From: Scenedesmus sp. PABB004
Lineage: Eukaryota
Length of the DNA stretch: 64,000 nucleotides
NCBI GenBank assembly: GCA_014905635.1
Contig: JABVCE010000012.1
Span: 186,001-250,000 of the forward strand
Direction of reading: 5' to 3'
In this document: positions 1 through 10,057 of the stretch, piece after piece
Layout: each line of letters begins with the position of its first letter
How positions within the stretch are numbered: position 1 is the first letter of the stretch
The notes under the pieces: model-generated
The model's input: only the letters and a program-made list of their open reading frames with translations
Databases searched by the model: none
Told to the model about the DNA's origin: nothing
Made by a program: the position numbers and the translations under genes

Positions 1-957
1 CCAGCCCGCCAAACCAGAGCTCCGCGGCGGCGCCGTCGGCGCCGCCGCTCGCGCCGCCGCCGCTGCCGCCGCCACCGCCGCTGCCGCCGCTGCCGCCGCT
101 GCCGCGGCCGGTGAGGGTGAGGCTGCCGAGCAGCCGCGCGCTCGCGCCGCTGATCAGGCCGCGGAGCGAGGCGGAGAACGAGTGCGGCGCCGCGGCGGCG
201 GCGGCCGAGGGCGTCTGCGCCTCCGACCCCGCGCGCGACCTGCGCGCGCGGGCGGCGGCGCCGGGCGCGGGTGGGCCGCCGCGCCGCGGCCGCTGCGGTC
301 GGGCCGTCGCGCCCGATGCGCTCACCGCGCGGTCGAGGGGCCGTCCCAGTCGTCGGCCGCCTGACCACCGCCACCGCCGCCGGCGTCGACGCTGGACGCG
401 CCCTCGGATCGCGCGAACGATTTCTGCGCCGCGCGCGCGGGTCGCGCGGGTCGCGCAGAGCGCACGGGCCCGCCGGCAGGCGCGCGCGCGCCGCCGGGGG
501 CCGCCTGCCGGCGCGCGCGCGCACTCGCCTTCAGGCGACCAAAGAAGCCGCGCCGCGCGGTGGCGTTGGCGCCCGGCTCCGCCGCAGCGCCGGAGCGGGG
601 GCTGGCGCCGGGGCTGCCGGCGGGCGCGACAAACTTGACGTGCTGCGCCCGCGCCGTCGCGCCGCCGCCGCGCGCCGAGGTCGACGCGCCGCCCGCCGGC
701 TCATCGCGCTGCCGCTCCCGCGCCTGCTGCTCGTACCTGCGGGCGGCGGCGGTCGGGCGAGGCCTGGGACGCGCGCTGCCGGCACGGGCCGCTCCTGCGT
801 CGCCGGTGAGCGCGCAGCTTTCGCCAGCCCCCGCCGCGCACCACTCGGGCTGAGCCCCGGGCAGGATGGTGGCCCCAGACGGGCTGCCGGCGCGCGGCGG
901 CGCCTCGGCGGGCAGCGCGGCGATGGTCTTCACGCCGAAGACCGCGCGCTGCTGCAT
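1..957 (-). CDS. Hypothetical low-complexity protein, 5' part (spliced, runs off the left end)
   Basis: ATG at 957 (MQQRAVFGVKTIAALP...RRGFFGRLK), then probable donors gcgag (~530) and gtgag (~325). A downstream exon reads SRAGSEAQTPS...ELWFGGL. No recognisable domain. Confidence 0.45.
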
Positions 958-2065
958 GCCGCTGCGGCCGCCGCGCGGCGCCTGGCGCTACGCGGAGCGC
1001 CGTGTGTGCTGTGAGGACGTTCGAAAACGCGACGGCGCTGGGCGAGCCCGTCGGGCGGCAGGCGCCGCCGCCGCCGCGCGCGCCCGCGCCGCTGCTGCGG
1101 CGTCGCTGGCGAGGACGAGAGAGCGGGCGTGGGCGTGGGGGCAACTGGGGAGAGTGCGGGATGGAGCAGCGGCGCGGCGCCTCGCGTGGCCGCCACCCCG
1201 TTACAACAGCCGACACACGCCGAATCCCGCAGGCACGCCGGTCGCGCCTGGAATCGCAGCAGCTGCACACACACACGCCACACAGCAACACCCAAGGCCA
1301 GCGCAGTGCCTCGGTCGATCGATCGCTCCCCCAGCCGGCGCCGGCGCCGGTCGGCACGCGCGCGCTGGCGGCGGCCTCCGCAGCGCCGACGACAGAGCGC
1401 CCCCAAGGGAATGCTGGTGGTACAGCAGCGGCGGCCAACCGATCAATCCATGGCGCCCCGACGCACACGCGCACGAGTCAAGTCAGCCACCAGCAATCGG
1501 GTGAGGCGGGCGCCGCTCGTCGCTCGCGCCGAGTGCAGCACTCAGCAGCAGCGGCGGCGGCGGCCCGCCGGTGTTGCACAGCGGCCCTGTTGTACAGCGC
1601 GGCGCGCCGCGTCGGCGCGCGCACATACACATGAAGGCATGCGACGAATTCCCTCCCCCCGCCTCGCGCCGCGCGCGCGCGCGCGTGCCCGCGGCACAGC
1701 GCCGCGCGGCGGCGGCGGCGCACGGCGGCGCGCAGCGGCAGAGGCCTGCCCGGCTGGCCCGAGCCCGCGGCCTTGCGGCGCGGTTTAGCGGCCTGGGGCG
1801 TGCACGCTTTATGCCCGCCCGTGCGCGTCCCCCGCCGGTGAGGGCGGCGTCAGATGTCGGCGGGGCGGGCGCCCCGCCGCACGAACGAGCACCCCCGCCC
1901 GGCGCCCCAGAGCGCCCAGCGCCACCCCCGCGCCCCCTCACCACCGGCCGCTGGGCCGGAGTCGTCGGGGGCGCGCCCCGTGCGAGCGCCGAGCGCGTCG
2001 GCCCGGTGCGGCGCGCGGCCCGCCGCGGCCGCGGCGCCGTGCCCCTCTCGCCTGCGCGCCGTGCG

Positions 2066-2967
2066 TCAGCTGCGCTGCTGCTGCTCGCGCGGCCGCGCCG
2101 TGCGGCGGCCGCGGCGGCTCCACGTGGGCTTGGTCTCGTTGCTGGACCCGCTCACGTACGTGTGGCGCTCGAGGTGCCGCCGCTGGATGTCAATGTTGGC
2201 CGCAGCGACCCGGGGCCTGCGCGCGCGCGCGCGCGCGCGCGCGGCCGCGGCGGCGTCGGCGACCCTGGCACGCGCGCGGCTGCGGCTGCGGCTGCGGCCC
2301 CGGCGGGGTGCGCGGCCGCGCGGGGCGGCGGCGGCGGCGCCGCACCCGATGCCTGCGGCGAGCTTGGCGGCGAGCGCCTCGCGCGTCGCGATGACCGCGC
2401 CGGCGATGGCGGCGGGGTTGACGCTGTGCGTCGCGCCCGTGTAGGGGTCGACCGTCGCCGCGGGCGGCGCCTCGAGCAGGGCGGACAGGAAGGCGTCGCC
2501 CTCGATCGGCGGGTTGGCGCTGAAGTGCGCGCGCAGCCAGGAGGCCTTGAACTCGTCCACCTGCGCCACGTTGGCCAGCACCAGGCCCGCCGCCCTAGCG
2601 GTGAGCATGCGCAGCGCCAGGCGCGCCGTCTCGCTGCGGGGAGCGGCGGCGGGAGTCGGCCGAAACTCCCGCGGTCGGCACCCGGGCGGCACGAGCGCCC
2701 AGCATGCGCACCGGTCAAAGTCGTTCTCCTCGACACCGGCATCGGGCCTGGCGGGCGCGCGGCGGGCGGCGCGGGACCGGTGGTGGCCGCTGCTGCATCG
2801 CCCGCGCCCCGCGGCCCCCGCGCCAAGAACGCGCCCGCCGCCGCTCACCGCTCCTGAGGCGACGCCCGCAGCACGGCCACGCGGCGTGGCAGGGGCCGGA
2901 GCGCGCCCGGCTGCGCCGGGGCAGGCCGGCGCGGCAGGACGCGGCCGGGGAGCGGCTGCGCCCGCAT
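2066..2967 (-). CDS. RbcX-like (Rubisco assembly chaperone-like) protein with putative plastid transit peptide
   Basis: Spliced model: MRAQPLPGRVLPRR...VAVLRASPQE / ...PDAGVEENDFDR / ETARLALRMLTARAAGLVLANVAQVDEFKASWLRAHFSANPPIEGDAFLSALL...AVIATREALA / ...AANIDIQRRHLERH. The pattern resembles RbcX (vl..l....W...f...nP..dGd.Fl..L ... N....R.hle). Confidence 0.6.
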
Positions 2968-3304
2968 CGCGGCGCGCGGGCGGTTCTCTCCCGTGCGCTA
3001 CGGCGGGGCTGGCTTGCGAGACAGGCAGCTGCCTGCGAGCTCTTCTTCGACGCGGCAACAACCTGCTCGTCCGGGCGCGCGCTCTCGGGGCCTCCGACCT
3101 CGTGCCGTGTGTGGCTGTGCGGCTGGGGCTGAGCTGGCGGCGCGGCGCCGGCGGCGGAGTTGGCGCCGCGTTCCGCCGCTGCGCCGCCGCGGTTGAAGGG
3201 TGGGGCCCGCGGCGCGCGCCCCCGGTCCGCAGGGCCCGCAGCGCAACCCACAGCACTCGTTGCCGCCGACACACGACGCAAGTGGGGCACGCACCACCTC
3301 CGCG

Positions 3305-4281
3305 TCAGGGCCCGTCGTCCGGCGACGCGGGCTGCGCCCGGATCCACGCGGCCACGGCCGCGTGGCCGTTGTCTGCCGCCGCGCGATCGCACTTGGCGCG
3401 CCGCCACGGGCAGCCGTTGGCGCGCAGCCAGCGCAGCGCGTCCAGCTGCCCCTCCGCAGCCGCCCAGTAGCACGCCCCCTCGTCCCACGGCGCGGGCGGC
3501 GACTGGGCGCGCGCCCAGCGCAGCATCTCCAGGTCGCCGCGCGCCGCAGCATTGCTGCACACCGCAATGTCGCCCAGGGAAGCGGCGCCTGCGACCGCGC
3601 CCAGCGTAGCACCGCCAGCTGCCCGCCCTTGGTTGCTGCCTCGCACACAAAGTGCAGGCACAGCCCCTGGTCGCGCGCCCACTCCAGCACGGCGATCTGG
3701 CCGGCGCGTGCTGCTTCCCGGCCCACGCCCCAGTCCATGTCGCAGCCGGCGCCACGCAGCCAGGCCAGGCCCGCCACGTCGCCGCACTCTGCACGCCGCA
3801 CCACCAGCCACCACTGCAGAATCCAATCACTGCGCAACTCCCGCCAGGCCTCCTGCACCGCCTCCAGCGGCAGCTCGGGGCAGGTCAGAGAGATGGGGCC
3901 GCGGAAGCGCTCGCGCGCCGCCTTGCAGACCAGCCTGGCGGTCCACGCCTGCAGGGCCGGCGGCAGGAAGCTCAGGACGTGGAGCACGAGGGCCTCCGGC
4001 AGCTCCGGCAGCAGGCTGCGGGCGGCGGCGTGGGCAGGGCGGCCGGGGCGTGAGGGGCGGCGGTGGGGCGGCGCGCAGCGCCTGCTGCAGCCGGCTGAGG
4101 CTCGCTGCTCAGCGCCCGCCTGGCCAGCAGCACCAGTCATGAGGAAGGGGCAGCAGCGGCTGCGCGCCCACCTCGGCGCCGCCTCGTCGCCGCCGGGCGC
4201 CTCGCCCGCCGCTGCTGCCGCAGCCGCCCGCGCGCGCGTGGTCGGCCCGGCGCGCCGCTTGCCCGCCGGCGCAGCAGACAT
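3305..4281 (-). pseudogene. F-box/ankyrin-like repeat cassette gene, copy 1 (apparent 1-nt frameshift)
   Basis: MSAAPAGKRRAGPTTRAR, intron, LPELPEALVLHVLSFLPPALQAWTARLVCKAARERF, repeats GQIAVLEWARDQG / GDLEMLRWARAQ / GQLDALRWLRANGCPW. Frame changes near 3575 (one G missing in tgg ggc); could be an assembly error. Confidence 0.75.
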
Positions 4282-5145
4282 GGTGCCAACTAACAGCCTG
4301 CGGGCCAGCAGGGAGCAGCAGGCGGCGCCGGCGGCGGGCGCGAGCGTGCGCGGGCGGCGTGAGCGCAGCAGCAGCAGCAGCAGCGAGCGGCGCCCGTCCC
4401 CGCCCCCTGGCGCAGCGGCGCAGCGGCGGCCTGCCAGCGGCGCCCGGCGCGCGCAGGCCCGGCGGCCCACGCCACACGCCCGCCCGCCGCGCACCGCCGG
4501 CGCCCCTGCCGCCTGCAGCGGGCGCCGCGCAGCGCGGCCCGCCCGCCCGCTGCTGCCCTCCCCGCCTGCCCGCGCACCCGGCTCGCCTGGCGCTGCGTGG
4601 GCGGGTCGGCCCGGCCGTCAGACGCCCGACGCGCGTCGCCCCGCCTGGCCAGGGGCGCGGCGCGGGCGGGGGCGGGCGCTGGGCGGCGGCGGCGCGGCGC
4701 GTGCGGGAGCTGTGTGGGCCGCGGCCGGCGCTCGTGCTTGTGCGCGTGCGTGTGCGGCAGGGGCGCTGAGGGCGGCGGCTGTGGGCGGCGGGGCGGCGCG
4801 CGCGCGGGGCCTCCTCGGCGGCACGGCGCGGGCAGCCGGCCGGGCGGCGCCTGCGCCCTGGGCCCTGCACCGCGCCGCCCGCCGCGTTGCCGCTGCCGGG
4901 CGCGCGCGCAGCGCGGCGCGGCGGAGAGGCTGCCGCCGTCATCGCTCGGCGGCGCCAGACGCGGTCGGCCGGTTGCCAGCACGCGCTGCCGCTCGCTCGC
5001 GCCCGGCGCCGCCAACTCTCCTGGCTGCGTGCACGCAAGCACTCAAAATCCTTCACCCGCCGCCGTGGCACGGCCAGCCGCCAGTCGTGCGCGGCCAGTG
5101 CCTGGCGCAGCACGCCGGCCGCTGCAGTCTCGCGGCGTCACCCCT
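4282..5145 (-). repeat. Conserved upstream region of cassette copy 1 plus inter-copy spacer
   Basis: Contains the anchor gccctgggccctgcaccg (~4855-4872) found upstream of all copies. 4930-5145 matches 25375-25600 in reverse complement. Confidence 0.85.
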
Positions 5146-5175
5146 GAAAGGACCTCCTACTAGTCCCACATAATC

Positions 5176-6427
5176 CTAGTAGTAGTCCACATACTCCTCC
5201 TCATCCGAGTCATCATCCTCTACACCGCCGTCGTCCGCCGCCGCGGGCTGCGCCCGGACCCACGCGGCCACGGCCGCGTGGCCGTTGTCTGCCGCCACGC
5301 CCTCGCACATGCTGCGCACCCACGGGCAGCCGTTGGCGCGCAGCCAGCGCAGCGCCTCCAGCTGCCCGCACTGAGCCGCCGCGCAGCAGGTGTCTTCGTC
5401 CCACGGCGCCGGCTCGGCCTCGGCACGCGCCCAGCGCAGCATCTCCAGGTCGCCGCGCTCTGCAGCCTGCCGATACATGCTGCCTCCCCACCGCAGCGGC
5501 GGCGTCTGCGCGCGCGCCCAGCGCAGCACCGCCAGCTGCCCGCCCGCGGCTGCGCCGCTGCACACGCCCCTCAGGTCCAGCCCCTGGTCGCGCACCCACG
5601 CCAGCACGGCGAGCTGGCCGGCGCGTGCTGCTGCGTGGCCCACGTCCCCCAGGCGCAGCCCCTCGCCGCGCGCCCACTCCAGCACGGCGATGTGGCCGTG
5701 CTTTGCTGCTGCGTACCCCACGTCCCACAGGTTCAGCCCCTCACCACGCGCCCACTCCAGCACGGCGACCTGGCCGGCCGAGGCTGCTGCGTGCTCCACG
5801 TCACTCAGGCCCAGCCCCTCGCCGCGCGCCCACTCCAGCACGGCGACCTGGCCGGCGTGCGCTGCTCCTGAGCCCACCCCGCCCATGCTGCAGTCGGCGG
5901 CGCGCAGCCAGGCCAGGCCCGCCACGTCGCCGCACGCCGCGCGCGCCTCGGCCAGCTGCCGCTGCTGCATCCAATCACTGCGCAACTCCTGCCACGCCTC
6001 CTGCACCGCCGCCAGCGGCAGCTCGGGGCAGCGCAGCGAGATGGAGCCGCGGAAGCGCTCGCGCGCCGCCCTGCAGACCAGCTTGGCGGTCCACGCCTGC
6101 AGTGCCGGCGGCAGGAAGCTCAGGACGTGGAGCACGAGGGCCTCGGACAGGTCTGGCTGCGGGCTGTTGGCGGCGGCGTGGGCAGGGCGGCCGGGGCGCG
6201 AGGGGCGGCGGTGAGGCGGGCGCGCGGCGCCTGCTGCAGCCGGCTGAGGCTCGCTGCGCAGCGCCCGCTGGCCAGGCAGCGCCACCCAGGGGGAAGGGGC
6301 AGCAGCGGCAGCGCGCCCACCTCGGCGCCGCCTCGTCGCCGCCGGGCGCCTCGCCCGCCGCCGCCGCCGCAGCCGCCCGCGCGCGCATGGTCGGCCCGGC
6401 GCGCCGCTTGCCCGCCGGCGAAGACAT
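5176..6427 (-). CDS. F-box/ankyrin-like repeat cassette gene, copy 2 (intact; four tandem 25-aa repeats; acidic tail)
   Basis: Exon 1 MSSPAGKRRAGPTMRAR...EAAP, donor gtgggc. Exon 2 is open to the stop at 5176, with 75-bp units (AA.aGq.AVLeWargeGL.L) and tail EDDDSDEEEYVDYY. Confidence 0.85.
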
Positions 6428-7135
6428 GGCGGCGTCTGGGGGCCTGCGGGCCAGCAGGGAGCAGCAGGGGGGGCGCCGGCAGCGGGCGTGAGCGCGCAGG
6501 CGGCGTGAGCGCAGCAGCAGCAGCGCACGGCGCCCGCCCCCGCCCCGGCGCGGCGGCGCGGCGGTGTGCCTGCCAGCGGCGACCGGGGCGCGCAGTCCCG
6601 GCATCACACGCGACAAGCCCGCCCGCCGCGCACCGCCGGCGCCCCCGCCGCCCGCAGCGGGCGCCGCGCAGCGCGGCCCGCCCGCCGCTGCTGCCTGCTC
6701 ACTGCCCGCCCGCGCGCTGCCGGGCTCGCCTGGCGCTGCGTGGGCGGGTCAGCCCGGCCGTCAGGCGCCGGCGGCCGAAGCGCGTCGCCCCGCCTGGCCA
6801 GGGGCGCGCCGTGGGCGGGGCGGGCGCCGCAGTTCAAACGCTGCGCGGCGGCGCGTGTGCGTGCGGGAGCTGTGGGCCGCGGCGCTCGTGCGTGTGGCAG
6901 GGGCGCTGAGGGCGGCGGCTGTGGGCGGCGGGGCGGCGCGCGCGGGGGCCTCCTCAGCGGCGGCGCGGGCAGCCGGCCGGGCGGCGCCTGCGCCCTGGGC
7001 CCTGCACCGCGCCGCCCTCGCGCCGCCGCTGCCGGGCACGCGCAGCGCGGCACGGCGCAGAGGCTGCCAATCACGCTGCGGCGGCAGGGCGTGCGTGCGG
7101 CCCAGCACGGGCGTGCGGCCAGCCGGTTGCCAGAG
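6428..7135 (-). repeat. Conserved upstream region of cassette copy 2
   Basis: Colinear with 4282-4980, including gggtcagcccggccgtcagg, tgtgggcggcggggcggcgcg, gccctgggccctgcaccg and gccggttgccag. Confidence 0.85.
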
Positions 7136-7190
7136 CGCTGTATGCCGTGCCTCGTGCGAGCGCTGCGCAGTTCTGTGCGAGCCGAACGCT

Positions 7191-9784
7191 TCACACCACC
7201 TCGCCCACGCCCCTGTCACGACCCGCCGCCCGCCCCCGCCCAGCCCCCACCGACGCGCGGCTGCCGCGCAAACCAGCCGCCGCTGACGGGCCGTGGGTAC
7301 GCCGGCGGCAAGCCGCCCAGCGCCGGCCCGCTGCCGCCGAGCGCGGGGCGGAAGTGGTCCCCCCGGCCCCGCCACCGCCGCCGCCGCCGTCGCTGTCGCT
7401 GTCGCTCCGCGCGTCGTCGGCGCGGTCCGGCAGCGGGCGGAACGCGTGGCGCGGCGACCCGCCGGCGCCGCCGCCGCCGCCGCCGGCCGCGAGCAGGCGC
7501 GCCTCCTCGCGCCAGCGCGCCGCGTACGTGAGCCCCGCCGCGAGCAGCAGCGCCGCGACGGAGGCCAGCGTGAGCAGCGAGATGACCCAGATTGCAAACT
7601 GGGCGCGCGGGCGCGTCGCGTCCTCGCCGCGCTCTGCGTCGAGGCACACGCCCCAGCGCCGCCGCCCCGTGGTCGCGTTGAGCGCGCGCAGGCAGCACAC
7701 GCGCCCGGCGCAGCCCTCGACGTACAGCCGCCCGCCGGCGAGCCGCAGCGCCGCGCCGCGCCCGCCGGCGTCCGGCGCCGGCGGCGCCTGCGCCGTGCCG
7801 TTGAGCGCGTGCCGCCAGAGCGTGCGCCCGCCCGCGAGCGACACCGCGGTCACCGCGGTCTTGCCGCCGCGCGTCGTAAGCGCGAGCACCAGCGCGCCCG
7901 CGGCCGCGTCGTGCACGGGCAGCAGCCAGGGCTGCGCCTCGTCGCCGTCCGCCAGCGCCGCCGTCCACGCGAGCGCGCCGGTCGCGGCCTCGACCGCGAT
8001 CACGCGGTCGGCCGCCACAAACGCGGCGAGCCGGCCCGCGAGCACGGGGGCCATGCCCCAGGCCTGCGCGCCGCGCGGGAAGGCGCCGCCGCCGTCGTGG
8101 CGCAGCGCCCACTGCACCGCGCCGCTGCGCATGCTGAGGCTGTACATGCACACGCTGCCGCCGGCAGGGTTTGGGGCAGAGCCGGCGCCGCCGCGCGCGC
8201 CGCCGCAGGCGCAGCCAAAGAGCGCGCTGCCGCCGGCGACCGCCGCGGCGGTGCAGCCGCCGTCGGGCGCGGCGTCGCGCGGCGGCGCCCAGCCGCGCCA
8301 CACGCTGCGCCCGGTCGCCGCGTCGAGCAGCTCCAGCTGGTCCATGCCCTCGCAGCTGCCCACGAGCAGCAGCGCGCCGCCGCCGCCGGCGCCGCCGCCG
8401 GCGATGGGCGAGGGCGTGTCACAGAAGGGCCCGTCGCGGCGCCACAGCAGCGCGCCGTCGGTGGCATTGATCCCCAGCACCGCGTCGCCGGCCGCGCCCG
8501 TCGCGAGCAGGAGCTCGCCGCGCTGTCCGGACAGCGCGAGCGACGCCGCGCCGAGCTCGACGCCGGGGAGCACCGCGCCGCGCCAGAGCGGCGCGCCGCT
8601 GCCGACCTCGAGCGCCGCGAGCCACGCGCCGCCGGCGGCGGGGTCGTTGAAGCCGGCGTATGCGGCGCACCCGCCCGGGGGCGCGCCGTGCGGCGCGGCG
8701 CCCGGCGCGGGGCCCGCGAGCGCCGCGAGCGCCGCGCCCGGCGCCGACGCGCGGTACTCCCAGCCGCGGGCGCCCGACTTGGCACGCAGGCCGTACACCC
8801 GCCCCGGCGGGCCGACCGCGGTGGCGAGGACGACGTCGCCCGCCTGCCGGGGAGGGAGACGCCGGCGGCGGCGGCGGCGGCGGCGGCGCGGGGTGAGGCC
8901 GGGGCGGGGCGGGGTGAGGCGGCAGCCGCGCGGCAGGCGCGTGCGGCGCGGCGGTGCGGCGGCGGCGCGGCGCGCGCGGTGGCGCGCCTCTTCGGCGTGC
9001 GCGAACGACGCGGTGGGCGGGAGGTCGATGTCTTTGACCCAGTAGCGCAGCCAGGAGTCGAGCGGGAAGCCCCACCGCACGTGTCCGCTGCCCGCGTTGA
9101 CCGCGTACAGCCCGGGGCCGCTCCAGGTCGTGTAGTAGACCGAGCGCCGGCCCTGAGGCAAAGGAGAGGGGCGGTGGTGCGGCGGCGGCGGCGGCGGCGG
9201 CAGGGAGGGGCCGTCGGCGGCGATGCGGCGGCGGGAGGGAGGGCCGCCGGCGGGGCGCGACCGCGGCGCACCACGGTCACGGCGCGGATGCCGCTGCTCG
9301 CGGTTGAGAAGGCGAACCAGATCACGCGGCCGTGGGTCTCGTTGACGCCGTAGACGTTCAAGCAGGGGTCGGGGCCCGCGCACTGCTCCGGCGTGAGCTG
9401 CGCACGCGGCGCGCGGCGCGCGGCGGGCGGGCGGGCGGGGCTGGGCAGCTCCGTCCGAGGCCCGCCTCTGCACAGCGGGGTCCCGGCACCCACGGACGGG
9501 CAGCGCGGACGGAGCTGCCCAGCCCCGCCCGCAGCTGGGCAGCGCGTCCGGCTGGGCAGCACGGTCCCGGCGCCCACGCGCGTGCCGGGGGCGCGCGGGG
9601 CCGGGGGCGGCGCGGCAGCGGCGCCGCTGCTCGCGGCGCTCACCGCGACGCTCCAGAGAGCGACGTCGCGCTTGCTGCTGGGCTGGGGCGTGATGGCGTC
9701 TGCCAGGCACGCCGCCGCGACGCAGAGCAGCCCGAGCAGCAGGCGAGAGGGCGCCGCGCCGGGGCGCCGCGGCACCGCCGCCAT
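7191..9784 (-). CDS. PQQ-like/BamB-type beta-propeller repeat protein with signal peptide and C-terminal TM helix
   Basis: Signal LLLGLLCVAAACLA. Repeated A-x-D/N-x-x-x-G-x-x-x-W blades (YAVNAGSGHVRW, GINATDGALLW, LLDAATGRSVW, AVEAATGALAW, ALNATTGRRRW). TM FAIWVISLLTLASVAALLLAAGL. Three probable introns. Confidence 0.8.
9431..9532. repeat. Perfect 27-bp inverted repeat with 48-nt loop in probable intron 1 of the PQQ-like gene
   Basis: gcgggcggggctgggcagctccgtccg (9431-9457) is the exact reverse complement of 9506-9532. Confidence 0.9.
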
Positions 9785-10022
9785 CTCGCGCCGCCGCCGA
9801 GCGGGGATGCGCCGCGGGGGGAGCGCGCCGAGAGCCACTCTCAGGCCATCGACTGCCGCGCCGCGCGCTGAGTGTCGGCGCTGGACGACTGCAGCCGGCG
9901 GCGGCGCGAAAGATGCCGCTGTCGCTGCTGCCGCTCGAGCGTCACTGCTCGGCAAGACCTAGGCCCCGATCATGGAGCGTGCTGCAGCTCGGCGAAGCCG
10001 ACACGTCGCCCAGTCCTAGTTT

Positions 10023-10027
10023 TTACA
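10023..10027 (-). promoter_or_regulatory. Chlorophyte-type poly(A) signal TGTAA
   Basis: ttaca on + strand, ~30 nt after the stop (10058) of the HMMR-like gene. Confidence 0.55.
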
Positions 10028-10057
10028 GGTCACCCCCGACAACGCCAACCGACCTCC

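Noticed and set aside
1000..2060. Coding gene between the first two genes
   Set aside because: No frame with convincing codon or domain signal; probably UTR and promoter DNA.
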